A stretch of DNA of 64,000 nucleotides, from the NCBI GenBank assembly GCA_031459385.1, contig JAVKIP010000002.1, forward strand, positions 160,355-224,354. Direction: 5' to 3'. The notes under the pieces are model-generated. The model was not told the DNA's origin, did no database searches, and was given only the letters and a program-made list of their open reading frames with translations. Below, one piece after another: positions 50,801-59,683 of this stretch (positions are counted from its first letter, which is position 1; every line of letters starts with the position of its first letter). The DNA is from Candidatus Fervidifonticultor secundus. Its GTDB lineage: Bacteria; Sysuimicrobiota; Sysuimicrobiia; Sysuimicrobiales; Humicultoraceae. Position numbers and translations under genes: made by a program.

Positions 50801-51314
50801 CGAGCACCACCAGGTCCACGCCCGCGGCGCGGGCGGCCTCCGCAGCGGCGTGGGCCCCGGTGCCGCAGTCCACTGCCACCAGGAGCCGGATGCCGCGCCC
50901 GGCCAGGGCCGCGACGGCTTCCGGATGGAGCCCGTAGCCTTCCCGGCGCCGGTCGGGGATATAGAACTCGACGTTGCCCCCGAGGGCGCGCAGGGCGCGT
51001 ACCAGGATTGCCGTGGCCGTCACGCCGTCGGCGTCGTAGTCGCCGTACACGGCCACGGGCCGGCGCGCACGGAGGGCAGCGTCGATGCACCCGACCGCCC
51101 GCGCCATGTCGCTCAGCCGGAGGGGGTTCTGGAGCCTGTCGAGCCGCGGGGCGAGGAACGCGTCGGCGGCCATGGGGTCGCGGAGCCCGCGGTTGACCAG
51201 CACCTGAGCGACCAGCGGGTGCAGGCCGAGCGCCGCCGACAGCGCCGTGGTCGCCGCCGGGTCGGCCGGGGCGATGCGCCAGCGCGGAGCCTGGTGGCGC
51301 GTCTGCGTCATCAC
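47802..51314 (-). CDS. recJ: RecJ exonuclease fused to HIRAN and a degenerate SF2 helicase-like region
   Basis: YGDYDADG, VDCG, DHH, GTVAD, PRLNAAGR, GSARS, GGH..AAG; HIRAN FHTKVVGVTY..RQ..REP.NP.D..AV..LGFL; helicase-like tail with YH.GL. Confidence 0.9.
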   Translation of the reverse strand: MMTQTRHQAPRWRIAPADPAATTALSAALGLHPLVAQVLVNRGLRDPMAADAFLAPRLDRLQNPLRLSDMARAVGCIDAALRARRPVAVYGDYDADGVTATAILVRALRALGGNVEFYIPDRRREGYGLHPEAVAALAGRGIRLLVAVDCGTGAHAAAEAARAAGVDLVVLDHHEPPEVLPPAAALVNPKRTSPPPEDYCAAGLAFQAARALFGRAGRAVPDDLVPLAAIGTVADAVTLLGDNRVLVAAGLASLARPHRPGLAALVEVAGVRPPFAVRDISHGMAPRLNAAGRLAHASDAVRLLLTDDPEEARALAEGLDRLNAQRRQLCDAVLAEVLERVEREGLLDRPAVVLAQEGWHPGVIGIVASQLVERFHRPVVMIALEGERGRGSARSIPIVHLLEALREADRHLLGYGGHAMAAGLVIAAGATAAFARAFEQAVATRVTPEDLRPVVEADAEVDLSVLSPELVDALGRLAPHGPGNPEPVFLTRGLQAVGTTLVGDGAHLRLVVGDGRRTVEAIAFRHGEKAELLAFTRARVDLAYTLAMDPWVDPPAVQLVAVDMATPGVDLEAVTADAVQVLDRLFARASDYLDGERRPLEQAEAFHTKVVGVTYAGRQAAVQTVRPGERLRLVREPRNPSDPYAVQVRRLDGTPLGFLRARLAAHLAPAMDAGARYAATAVAVTGGGERAWGLNILVEREAPAWPEEEEGQAPSARWPAGADLTDFLAARLLRGRAPTAAQREILARLQGGERLVLPLGPGRGLVPTAVMAALAVWVSTRRPVVLAVPRAAVAEAWGELMIPWLRRLGVRAAVIHGAVSPGAAGRVAEALERGRLDLLIASLAWIDRNSDRAAPAVVVGDAVAADEVEHLLDRAGGAVRLLIGSIPPAVLGGHAARAFGVPAVRTGPRAALRVIDRRGRDADAWLTARRPDGRLEKTLVLVADPAASVSLATRLHEGSTGRHRVAYYHTGLPTTLRRVLEDLFGAGRLACLVLGTHATDPAIPPDARRVVALALRPDPLLAAEELGLAGLGGRAATVVLAYPPDHLAGAEAALDAVFPSRAALARCYRAIRAAGGSINAVPGHPPALQGAGCTAAELEAVLAVLTEAGVLAREDLGEGVRYTLAGLADRVDLTRSLRYAEGERARSALGALRAWASSPAAQILADLVGC

Positions 51315-51356
51315 CCCACTACGGCTCGCGCCAGGGGAGAGAACCTGCGGCCGGTC

Positions 51357-51635
51357 CTATGGGCGATCCTGGCGCTCCGCCGATGGGCGGGCAGCCTCCA
51401 GTTCGCGCACGCGGGCCTGCAGGTCGCGCACCCGTGCGCGGAGGTGCTGCTGCCCCAGCAGGCTGCTGATGAACACCAGGACGCCGCCGACCACCGCGCC
51501 GCCGACCACCGCCAGAGCCACTGTCGTCTGCGCCCGCCAGACCAGGAACCGGAGCACGACCGGCTCGGGGTTGTACAGGGCGAAGACGGTGACCCCGACC
51601 AGCAGGATTAACGCGAAGAGCGTGAACGCCGACAC
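51357..51635 (-). CDS. LapA (DUF1049) family membrane protein
   Basis: TM-FA..N...V...FL.W-TM-coiled coil; SD AGGAG before GTG 51635. Confidence 0.82.
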   Translation of the reverse strand: MSAFTLFALILLVGVTVFALYNPEPVVLRFLVWRAQTTVALAVVGGAVVGGVLVFISSLLGQQHLRARVRDLQARVRELEAARPSAERQDRP

Positions 51636-51643
51636 GCGGGCTC

Positions 51644-52633
51644 CTAGCGCCGGCGGGGCCGGCGGCGCGCCGGCGCCGCCGGCACGGCCGCGGGTTCGGC
51701 GTCCGCGGTCCGCGCCAGCGGTCGGGCCGGGGCCTCCTCCCGCCGCCCGGTCCGGCGATCCGTCCACAGATGCCAGTCGACCAGCAGGGCGCTGGCATTG
51801 AACACCGACGAGTACCCCCCGGTCAGAATGCCGATCATCAGGCCGAAGGCGAAGTCGCGCACCGTCACGCCCCCGAAGACGTACACGGCACCGATCGCCA
51901 TGACCGTGGTCAGACCGGTCGTAATCGACCGCGCCAGCACCTCGAGGATGCTGCGGTTGACCAGCCGGTCGAAGGGCTCGCGGGGACGCTGGGCCAGGTT
52001 CTCGCGGATGCGGTCGTAGACGATGATCGTGTCGTTGATGGAGTACCCGACCACGGTCAGCAGCACAGCCACGAACGTACTGTTGACTTCCTTGCGGGTC
52101 AGGGCGAAGACCCCGACCACCAGCAGGAGGTCGTGCAGCAGCGCCATGTCAGCCGTCAGTGCGTACCGCACCGACTTGAACCGGTAGGAGATGTACAGCA
52201 CCTGCAGCGCCAGCCCCAGCACGACCGCCACGATGGCGATGTTCCGGAGCTCGCGCCCGATCTTTGGCCCGACCTCCTCCTCCCGCAACACCGTCAGCCG
52301 GCCGAACGTCTGCCGGAGGTCGGCCAGCAGGGCCCGCTTCGCGTCGTCGTCGAGCGGTCGCGTACGGATGATGGCTTCCTGCCCCGCTTTCTGGATGATG
52401 CTCTCGCCGGTGGCATGCCGATCGACCACCGCTCGCACGTCGGCTACCTCGAACGGCCGCTCGATGACGAACTGGAAGAAATCGCCGCCGGTGAAGTCGA
52501 TCCCCCAGTTGAGCGCACCCCGGCCGGCGGCGACGTTGATCACCAGTGCCGCCACACCGGGGACGATGAGCGCCACCGACAGCAGGTAGCCCCAGCGCCG
52601 GGCGCCGATGATGTCCCAGGGCCGCGTGCTCAT
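51644..52633 (-). CDS. secF: Protein translocase subunit SecF
   Basis: GIDFTGG, VGP.IG.EL, LLHD, GYSINDTI..DRIREN. Confidence 0.97.
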   Translation of the reverse strand: MSTRPWDIIGARRWGYLLSVALIVPGVAALVINVAAGRGALNWGIDFTGGDFFQFVIERPFEVADVRAVVDRHATGESIIQKAGQEAIIRTRPLDDDAKRALLADLRQTFGRLTVLREEEVGPKIGRELRNIAIVAVVLGLALQVLYISYRFKSVRYALTADMALLHDLLLVVGVFALTRKEVNSTFVAVLLTVVGYSINDTIIVYDRIRENLAQRPREPFDRLVNRSILEVLARSITTGLTTVMAIGAVYVFGGVTVRDFAFGLMIGILTGGYSSVFNASALLVDWHLWTDRRTGRREEAPARPLARTADAEPAAVPAAPARRRPRRR

Positions 52634-53994
52634 CGCGCCACCGGCCCGGCCACGCGGACCAGCGCGGCGCCCAGCCCCGCGGCCACGGCCCCGTCCACGA
52701 ACACCCGGGTCACGACGATCGCCGAGAACATGCTGGCCAGCACGCCCAGGCTCAGCGTGACCGCGAACCCCCGAATCGGACCGCTGCCCAGCAGGAACAG
52801 GACCACGCCGGCGAGCAGGGTCGTCACGTTGGAGTCGAGGATGGCGGACATGGCGCGGCTCCAGCCGGCCGTGATCGCAGCCCGCAGCGTCTTCCCGGCG
52901 CGCAGTTCCTCCTTGGTGCGCTCGAAGATGATCACATTGGCGTCGACCGCCATGCCCACCGACAGGATCAGCCCGGCGATGCCGGGCAGGGTCAGCGTCG
53001 CGTGCAGCCCCACCAGCAGCGCCAGCACCACGAGGAGGTAGACGCCCAGGGCGAGGGCGGCCAGGAGCCCCGGCAGGCCATAGTAGAGGACCATGAACCC
53101 GACGACGGCAGCCCCCGCGACCCAGCCGGCCTTGACGCTGGCATCGATCGAATCGCGACCCAGCTGCGGCCCGACGGTGCGGTTCTCCACGACCTCCACG
53201 GGAATGGGCAGGGCGCCGCCCCGCAGCAGTACCGCCAGGTCCCGGGCCTCCTCGATGGACTGGAAGCCACCGCTGATGACTCCGCGCCCGCCCGTGATAC
53301 GGTCGCGGATCACCGGCGACGAGATCACCTCATTGTCGAGCACGATGGTCAGGTAGCGTCCGATGTTCTTCCCGGTGAACTCCTCGAACACGCGTCCGCC
53401 ACGACTGTGGAACTCAAACTGCACGATGGGCTCCGCCGTGGTCTGATCGAACGCGGCGCGGGCATCTCGGAGATCGCCGCCCGTCAGGATGACAGTCTTC
53501 GGCAGCGCCAGCGGCGCAGGCGCCGGCTGGCCGGGCGCGGGCGGGGGCAGGGTCACCGTCTTGCCGTCGGCGCTCCACCGCGCGCCCTCCGGCAGCCGCT
53601 GCGCCCCGGTGTCCACGAACTCCAGCAGCGCGGTCTTCCCGATGAGGCGGATGGCTCGCTCGGGTTCGTCGATACCGGGCAGCTCGACGATGATCCGGCT
53701 GGTGCCCTGTCGCTGGATCGTCGGCTCCACGACCCCCAGCTGGTCGATGCGGCGCTCGATGACGCGCATGGCCGCGTCCACGGCGTCGGGTGTGGCCTTC
53801 GTGGTCGGCGAGTCCCGGCCCTCGAGCACCAGCAGGCTCCCGCCCCGCAGATCCAACCCGAGGTTCATGCGCAGGGCTACACCCTGCCACTGCGGGCGCC
53901 AGCCGCGCACGCGCACCGGCTGGAACGCCACCTGCAGCGCGACGACGGCGACGAGCAGGATCAGGACCAGCCGGAGGCCGAGCCGCGATCCCAA
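52630..53994 (-). CDS. secD: Protein translocase subunit SecD
   Basis: LGLDLRGG, RID.LGV.EP, I.VELPG, LR.GALP, GMAVDAN..IFER, DSN.TT; TTG start after AAAGGAG. Confidence 0.97.
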   Translation of the reverse strand: MGSRLGLRLVLILLVAVVALQVAFQPVRVRGWRPQWQGVALRMNLGLDLRGGSLLVLEGRDSPTTKATPDAVDAAMRVIERRIDQLGVVEPTIQRQGTSRIIVELPGIDEPERAIRLIGKTALLEFVDTGAQRLPEGARWSADGKTVTLPPPAPGQPAPAPLALPKTVILTGGDLRDARAAFDQTTAEPIVQFEFHSRGGRVFEEFTGKNIGRYLTIVLDNEVISSPVIRDRITGGRGVISGGFQSIEEARDLAVLLRGGALPIPVEVVENRTVGPQLGRDSIDASVKAGWVAGAAVVGFMVLYYGLPGLLAALALGVYLLVVLALLVGLHATLTLPGIAGLILSVGMAVDANVIIFERTKEELRAGKTLRAAITAGWSRAMSAILDSNVTTLLAGVVLFLLGSGPIRGFAVTLSLGVLASMFSAIVVTRVFVDGAVAAGLGAALVRVAGPVAR

Positions 53995-54062
53995 CGAGCC
54001 ATCTCCTTTCGAGACCCGCGAGGCGTACACAGGCGCAAAAAAAGAGGGCCACAGCCCGGCTC

Positions 54063-54092
54063 ATTATAGCCGCGGGCAGAATCCAGTGTCAA
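54063..54092 (-). promoter_or_regulatory. Consensus sigma70 promoter for secD
   Basis: TTGACA (54092-54087), 18 nt, TATAAT (54068-54063). Confidence 0.85.
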
Positions 54093-54217
54093 ACTGCCGC
54101 GGCTGCCGATGCCAGCGCAGCGCGCGGCACCGCCAGGGGACGACGGCGGGCCGGGCGAACCCACGGCCTGTGGGGCTCTTCTCGCAGTCGGCCGGTGCCG
54201 TCCCGGCGCCCATCCGT

Positions 54218-55114
54218 GTGCGCGCCTGCGAGGTGTTCGTGGGCACGTGCTCGTGGGCCGATCGGGGGATGGTGACCAGCGACTTCTACCCGCGCGGTCG
54301 CCGCGCCGACCCGCAGGCGCGGCTGCAGCACTATGCCGCGGTCTTCCCTACCGTCGAGGTGGACGCGTCCTACCATGCGTTGCAGCCCCCCGAGCGCGCG
54401 CGGCAGTGGGTGGCGTGGACCCCGCCCTCGTTCCGCTTCAACGTCAAGGCGTTCGCCTGGCTGACCCAGCACGAGAGCGACCCGCGGCGTCTCCCACCAG
54501 GCATCGCGGCGCTGCTACCGGCCGGGCTGCGGAACGGCGGCCCCGTGGCCGGCTCGCGCGTCCCTGAGGAGGCGCTGGCAGCCGCCTGGGACGCCTTCGC
54601 GGCGTTCGTCGACGTCTTCGCCCGGGCGGGCAGGCTCGGCTACGTCCTGTTCCAGTTCCCCAAGGGGCGCGGCTTCTCGCCGGATCTCCTGGCCTACCTC
54701 GACACGTGGGAGCCGTACCTGCGCGGCTGGCCCGTGGCCGTCGAGATCCGTCACCGCGACTGGCTGTACCGGCACCACCGCGAGATCTTCCTTCGCTACC
54801 TGCGCGATCGGCGCTTCGCCTACGTCATCCCCGACCTGGCCCGGGCGGGCTACCTGCCGCCGCCGGAGCCGGTGGTCACCACCGACTGGTCGGTGGTGCG
54901 CTTCCACGGTCGCAACCCGGCCCTGCTGGACCGACGGGCCTCCACCGACCGGGCGTACGACTACCTGTACTCGTTCGAGGAGCTCCAGGCGTGGGCCCGG
55001 CGTGCACAGGGACTCGCCGAGGACGTGCGGACGCTGTACTTGATGTTCAACAACCACGCGCGAGGGCAGGCCGCGCGCAACGCCCGGCAGATGCTCGACC
55101 TGCTGGTCTCCTGA
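54218..55114 (+). CDS. DUF72 domain protein
   Basis: VGT..W, FYP, VEVD.S, F.F.VKA, LFQFP, AVE.RH..W, RFHGRN, Y.Y.Y...EL, FNNH; start approximate. Confidence 0.9.
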   Translation: MRACEVFVGTCSWADRGMVTSDFYPRGRRADPQARLQHYAAVFPTVEVDASYHALQPPERARQWVAWTPPSFRFNVKAFAWLTQHESDPRRLPPGIAALLPAGLRNGGPVAGSRVPEEALAAAWDAFAAFVDVFARAGRLGYVLFQFPKGRGFSPDLLAYLDTWEPYLRGWPVAVEIRHRDWLYRHHREIFLRYLRDRRFAYVIPDLARAGYLPPPEPVVTTDWSVVRFHGRNPALLDRRASTDRAYDYLYSFEELQAWARRAQGLAEDVRTLYLMFNNHARGQAARNARQMLDLLVS

Positions 55115-55144
55115 GGCGCTGCCCGGGCAGGCGCTGCCGGACGC

Positions 55145-55822
55145 CTACAGGTCGGGAATCTGCCAGTCGATCTCGCCCCGGCCGGCCGCGCGCAGCGCGG
55201 CGTTCACCCGGCTGAACGGCCGGCTGCCGAAGAAGCCGTAGCGTGCCGAATGCGGCGACGGATGTGCGCCCTCGACCACGACGTGCCGCGTCTGGTCGAT
55301 CAGCGCCCGTGCACGCCGGGCGTCGCGGCCCCACAGCATGAAGACCACTCGATGGCGCTTCGCGTTGACCGCACGGATGATCGCGCCGGTGAATCGCTCC
55401 CAGCCGCGCCCTCGGTGCGCTCCGGGCTCGCCGGCCCGCACCGTGAGCACGGTGTTGAGCAGCAACACTCCCTGTCGGGCCCACGGGACCAGGCAGCCGT
55501 TGTTGGGGATGCGGCAGCCCAGGTCGTCGCGCAGCTCCTGGAAGATGTTGGCCAGCGACGGCGGCACCGGCACGCCCGGCGGTACGGAGAAGCTCAGCCC
55601 GTGCGCCTGGCCCGCGCCCGGGTAGGGATCCTGCCCGAGGAGCACCACTCGCACCCGGGCGTACGGGGTGTACCGCAGGGCGGCGAAGACGTCCCGCGCG
55701 GGCGGGTAGACGACCGCCCGGCGGCGCTCGGCCCTCAGGAAAGCCCACAGCCGGCGAACGTACGGCTGGTCCAGTTCGGCGCCGACCACACGCCGCCAGT
55801 CGCCCGGCAGGGCGGGCGTCAT
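55145..55822 (-). CDS. ung: Uracil-DNA glycosylase (family 1)
   Basis: LGQDPY, GLSFSV, PPSL.NI, QGVLLLN, HPSP. Confidence 0.97.
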   Translation of the reverse strand: MTPALPGDWRRVVGAELDQPYVRRLWAFLRAERRRAVVYPPARDVFAALRYTPYARVRVVLLGQDPYPGAGQAHGLSFSVPPGVPVPPSLANIFQELRDDLGCRIPNNGCLVPWARQGVLLLNTVLTVRAGEPGAHRGRGWERFTGAIIRAVNAKRHRVVFMLWGRDARRARALIDQTRHVVVEGAHPSPHSARYGFFGSRPFSRVNAALRAAGRGEIDWQIPDL

Positions 55823-56661
55823 GGAGGCGCCACGTGGAAGCGCAGGTACCACTCCCGCATCTCCGGCGCGCGGTACTGGTACTCGCTGATGAGGACCAGA
55901 CGCGCCCGCGCCCCACCCAGCAGACCGGCCAGGACACGCGGGTCCGGCACGCCGGCGATCTGCGGGGTCACGGTCAGGAACAGTTCGTCGACCAGGCCCG
56001 CAGCGAACAGCCCGCGGTTGAACACCGGCCCGCCCTCCGCCAGCACCCGACGCCAGCCGCGGGCTGCCAGCAGCCCCAGGGCCGTGGCGAGATCGACCTG
56101 GCCGTCCGGCCCCGCCGGGGTCACGATGACCTCCGCACCCGCGGCCTCCAGCCGGCGGCGGTCGGCGTCGCGTGCGAGTTCGGTCGTGAGCACCACCGGC
56201 TGGACGTCCCCCCGCGTGAAGAACCGCTTGGCGTACACGGCGGCGTCGAACTCGGCCCGGCGGGTCACCACGACCGCGGCGGGATTCGCGGGTCGGCCCG
56301 CGGCCCGTCGCGCTTCCTGGAGCGCCGGATGCGTCACCGCCACCACGTCGTTTCGCCGCAGCGTGCCCGCGCCGCTGAGGACCGCATCGGCCCATCCACG
56401 CAGCGTGTGGAAGAGGTAGTGATCCACGGCCGACCCGATCGACCAGGCTCTGCCCTCGACGGCGACGCCGCCGTCGAGGGTCTGCACCATGTTCACGATC
56501 ACCGCCGGCCGGCCCGGGCGGCTGGGGACATCGAGCTCGCGGTAGACCTCTGCCAGGGGCACGGCCAGGGGATGGGGTCGGCGGGCATCGTAGACCAGGT
56601 GGAGCACCTCGGGCAGCGCCGCGGGAGGTCGGTGGCGGGGGGCCGATGCGTCAGAAGTCAA
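55819..56661 (-). CDS. RibD C-terminal/dihydrofolate reductase-like protein
   Basis: NMV.TLDG, LR..ADAV..GAGT, L.EGG, LVDELFLT..P; TTG start inferred. Confidence 0.85.
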   Translation of the reverse strand: MTSDASAPRHRPPAALPEVLHLVYDARRPHPLAVPLAEVYRELDVPSRPGRPAVIVNMVQTLDGGVAVEGRAWSIGSAVDHYLFHTLRGWADAVLSGAGTLRRNDVVAVTHPALQEARRAAGRPANPAAVVVTRRAEFDAAVYAKRFFTRGDVQPVVLTTELARDADRRRLEAAGAEVIVTPAGPDGQVDLATALGLLAARGWRRVLAEGGPVFNRGLFAAGLVDELFLTVTPQIAGVPDPRVLAGLLGGARARLVLISEYQYRAPEMREWYLRFHVAPP

Positions 56662-58045
56662 TGACCGCGCCCGCCTGCACGAGCCGCCGCTGCACCTCGC
56701 GCACCAGGTCCGGCTGTTCGACCAGTTGCCGCGGGGTGAGCCCGTGCTCGACGGCCACCGCCGCGGCCACGCCGGCCGCCTCGCCCATCGCCATGGTGGT
56801 GGGCACCACGCGCGCGGACCCCGTCGCCTGATAGGTCGCGGAGAACGCCCGGCTGGCCACGAGCAGACCATCTGCGCCGGCGGCGACCAGGGCGCGCAGC
56901 GGGATGGTATACATTCGGCGGACCGGTTTGAACGGGTACTGCTCGCCCTTCTTGTACTGGTGGAGGTCGACCGGGTACGACCCGGTCGCCACGCGGTCCC
57001 AGAACACCCTGCTGGCAGCGATATCCTCCGCGGTGAGCGTGTACAGTCCGGCCAGATGGCGGGTCTCGCGGATGTAGAGCTCCGGCGCGATCTCCACCAG
57101 CCGGGCGCGTTCGAACCCCGGGACGTGGGCGCGGAGGTAATCCAGCAGCCGGGGGATCTCGCGCCGGGCGCGCTCGTAGCCGTCACGGACCGAGGCGGGA
57201 TCGGTACCGTCCACGTCGTGAATCTGCAGGGCATTGATGAGGACCGTACTATCTGGCAGGCGTCCCAGGTTCAGATCGTGCGCCGACAGCCTGTCGTCGG
57301 CAGCCTGGTAATCGAACATCAGCTCGCGAAAGCCCCAGGCATATCCGCGGAAGAACCCACTGGGCTGCCGCCCACGCCGGTGCGACCACGCGAAGTGCAC
57401 CACCGCGCGCCAGTCCACATCGGCCACTCTGAACATCAGGGTGGCGGGCATCGCGCGCCGGTCGAGTCCCGACGTCTCTCGGCCGTAGGTGAACCGGACC
57501 CCTGCCGCCGCGGCAACGTCACCGTCGTCGGTGGCGTCGATGACAACGGCGGCCCGGATCGTCCGCATCTCCCCGTCCCAGGAGCGCACGACCGTGCCTA
57601 CGACGCGGCCTGCTTCGCGGATGGGCTGCAGGGTGTCGGTCCGGAGGAACAACGTGATGCCGGGCTCGCGCTCAACGAGTTCGCGCAGGACGCGCTGCGC
57701 GTGCCGCGGGTCGAACGTGATGCCGCCGATCTTCTCGTAGACCTCGAGGAAGATGCCCTTGATGAGGTGGTCGCCGTCAGGCTTGCGGCTGAGATCGATC
57801 ATGTTGAGCATGGCGCCAGTCCACACGGTGCCCAGGTACGGGCGCCGTTCTACCAGCGCCACCGCCCGGCCCTGGCGTGCGGCAGCCAGGGCCGCCGCCA
57901 CCCCGGCAGGGCTGCCCCCGACCACGAGCACATCGGTCGGGAACACCGGAGGGCGCAGGTCGGGGCGCAGCGCCTGCGGCCGTACGGCCACCAGCAGCGT
58001 GGCGCCCAGGCACACCGCCAGCACGATGCTGGCCCGGCCCCGCAC
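56651..58045 (-). CDS. FAD-dependent oxidoreductase with N-terminal hydrophobic segment
   Basis: DVLVVGG.PAG..AA..AAR.G, IDAT.DGD, RE.R, Y.IP.R.L, S.RV..T.M..GEAAG. Confidence 0.88.
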   Translation of the reverse strand: MRGRASIVLAVCLGATLLVAVRPQALRPDLRPPVFPTDVLVVGGSPAGVAAALAAARQGRAVALVERRPYLGTVWTGAMLNMIDLSRKPDGDHLIKGIFLEVYEKIGGITFDPRHAQRVLRELVEREPGITLFLRTDTLQPIREAGRVVGTVVRSWDGEMRTIRAAVVIDATDDGDVAAAAGVRFTYGRETSGLDRRAMPATLMFRVADVDWRAVVHFAWSHRRGRQPSGFFRGYAWGFRELMFDYQAADDRLSAHDLNLGRLPDSTVLINALQIHDVDGTDPASVRDGYERARREIPRLLDYLRAHVPGFERARLVEIAPELYIRETRHLAGLYTLTAEDIAASRVFWDRVATGSYPVDLHQYKKGEQYPFKPVRRMYTIPLRALVAAGADGLLVASRAFSATYQATGSARVVPTTMAMGEAAGVAAAVAVEHGLTPRQLVEQPDLVREVQRRLVQAGAVIDF

Positions 58046-58059
58046 TGCTCCGGCCTCCC

Positions 58060-58572
58060 TCAGCCGGCGGGCCGCCGCCCTGCGGGCGTTCCCGGCGGGA
58101 CGGGGTCGCCGGGCGGCTTGAACCGCTCGACGGGGTTGCGGCAGTCGCGGCAGTAGTACACGGCCCTGCACAGCGTCGGTCCGAACGGGTTCTCCAGGAC
58201 GACGTTGGCCGACCCGCAGTAGGGACACGCCGCCGGCTCAGTCAGCGTCTCCCGCGGCACGCTGAGGCCATGGGTGTGGAGCCGCGCGCGTGCCGCCGGC
58301 GTCATCCGGTCCAGTGTCCATGGGACGTCGTAGCAGAACGCGACGTCGGCAGCCGCCACGCCCGAGAGCGCCAGCACCCGGGTGCGGACCCGCTCACGGA
58401 TGACGTCCAGCGCCGGGCACCCGGTGTACGTGGGCACCAGCCGCACACGCACCGTCCCGTCCCGGATCTCGATGGTGTGGACCAGCCCCAGGTCGGTGAT
58501 CGCCACGGGGAGCTCGGGATCCTCGACGGTGGCCAACACGCGCCACACCTCGTCGCGGGTCACGTCGGCCAT
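58060..58572 (-). CDS. paaD: Phenylacetyl-CoA epoxidase subunit D (PaaD/PaaJ)
   Basis: V.DPELP..I.DLG, PTY.GCPA, WT.D, CP.CGS, FG.T.C...Y.C..C..P. Confidence 0.93.
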   Translation of the reverse strand: MADVTRDEVWRVLATVEDPELPVAITDLGLVHTIEIRDGTVRVRLVPTYTGCPALDVIRERVRTRVLALSGVAAADVAFCYDVPWTLDRMTPAARARLHTHGLSVPRETLTEPAACPYCGSANVVLENPFGPTLCRAVYYCRDCRNPVERFKPPGDPVPPGTPAGRRPAG

Positions 58573-58576
58573 GCGT

Positions 58577-59377
58577 TCACCACCGTGCGGTAGGGTCGGT
58601 GCGCCATACCGACGTCATCTCGTGCAGCAGCGCACGCAACGCGGGCGTGTGGTGCCCCCTTCGGCCCCCTGTCGCGGCGTCCGACGGGGACGCGCCCAGC
58701 CCCAGCGCGTCCAGGCGCGGCCGGACCTCGGCCTCAAACCGGCCGCGCTGCGCCGCGGGTGCGGCGGGCAGCAGGCCCTCGGCGACGAGCCGGGTCTGCT
58801 CCGGCGTGTCCTCGAAGAGGCCGAGCGCGCCGGGCCAGGCCGCATCCAGCGCGGCCTGCACCCGGCTGTGCGCGTCGTCCCCGGCGCGGGTCAGCCGGAC
58901 CAGCCAGGCCTCGCTGAACAACAGGTGATACTTCTCCTCCCGCTGCAGCGCCCGTGCCAGCGCCGCGAACGGCCCCAGGGGTGCTGCCGCCAAGTCGGCC
59001 AGCCGGATGGCATCGGCGCGATCATACAACCAGGCGCGCACGATCGTGAACCCCCAGTCGCCGTTGGGGTGCTCGGTCAGCACCGCGTTCCGAAACGCCT
59101 CGGGCCCGCGGTCGAACGCCAGCACGTCCGGCGTGCTCCCCGTCGCGGCGGCCACCTGCTCGTAGAAGACGCGGGCGTGCCCGAGTTCCTCCTGGGCGAT
59201 CGACGAAAGGGCGACGTCGGACTCGATGTCCGGCGCGAACCCGGTCCACTCGGAGTGTCGGTGGCCCAGGACCAGTTCGTCATCGGCCCAGGCCAGCAGC
59301 ACCGCGCTCAGCGCAGCCCGGATCGCGTCGTCGCGCACCGCCGCCGGAGCCTCAGGCGTTTCCCACAACCCGGTCAT
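58577..59377 (-). CDS. paaC: Phenylacetyl-CoA epoxidase subunit C
   Basis: ADD.L..GHR.SEW...AP..E.D.A...IA..E.GHA, PNGDW, EE.YH, GGR.G.H. Confidence 0.93.
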   Translation of the reverse strand: MTGLWETPEAPAAVRDDAIRAALSAVLLAWADDELVLGHRHSEWTGFAPDIESDVALSSIAQEELGHARVFYEQVAAATGSTPDVLAFDRGPEAFRNAVLTEHPNGDWGFTIVRAWLYDRADAIRLADLAAAPLGPFAALARALQREEKYHLLFSEAWLVRLTRAGDDAHSRVQAALDAAWPGALGLFEDTPEQTRLVAEGLLPAAPAAQRGRFEAEVRPRLDALGLGASPSDAATGGRRGHHTPALRALLHEMTSVWRTDPTARW

Positions 59378-59676
59378 CGCCGGCGGTAGACGCGCTGCTG
59401 CTCCCGGTACGATCCGCCGAAGCGGTAGCTCTTGTCGGTGGCAGGGGCGAAGAGGTCGGCATCCTCGTAGCGCGTGGCCGTGATGTCCGTGTAGCGCACG
59501 ACCCAGAGGTTCACGCAGGGGTCGCGGCGGGCGAACTGTTCCTTGGCCACCACCAGCGCCATCTCCGGATCGGGCGCGTGGACGTCGCCCACGTGGACGT
59601 GCGGGTCGCTCTTGGAGTCCTGGCGAAAGACGGCGAAGACAAACGCAGCTTCCGGGACCAGGTCGCCCAGGTTCAC
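59374..59676 (-). CDS. paaB: Phenylacetyl-CoA epoxidase subunit B
   Basis: F.VF.Q, H.H.G.VHAPD.E.AL..A...F.RR....LWVV, DK.YR. Confidence 0.92.
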   Translation of the reverse strand: MNLGDLVPEAAFVFAVFRQDSKSDPHVHVGDVHAPDPEMALVVAKEQFARRDPCVNLWVVRYTDITATRYEDADLFAPATDKSYRFGGSYREQQRVYRRR

Positions 59677-59683
59677 AGCGCGC

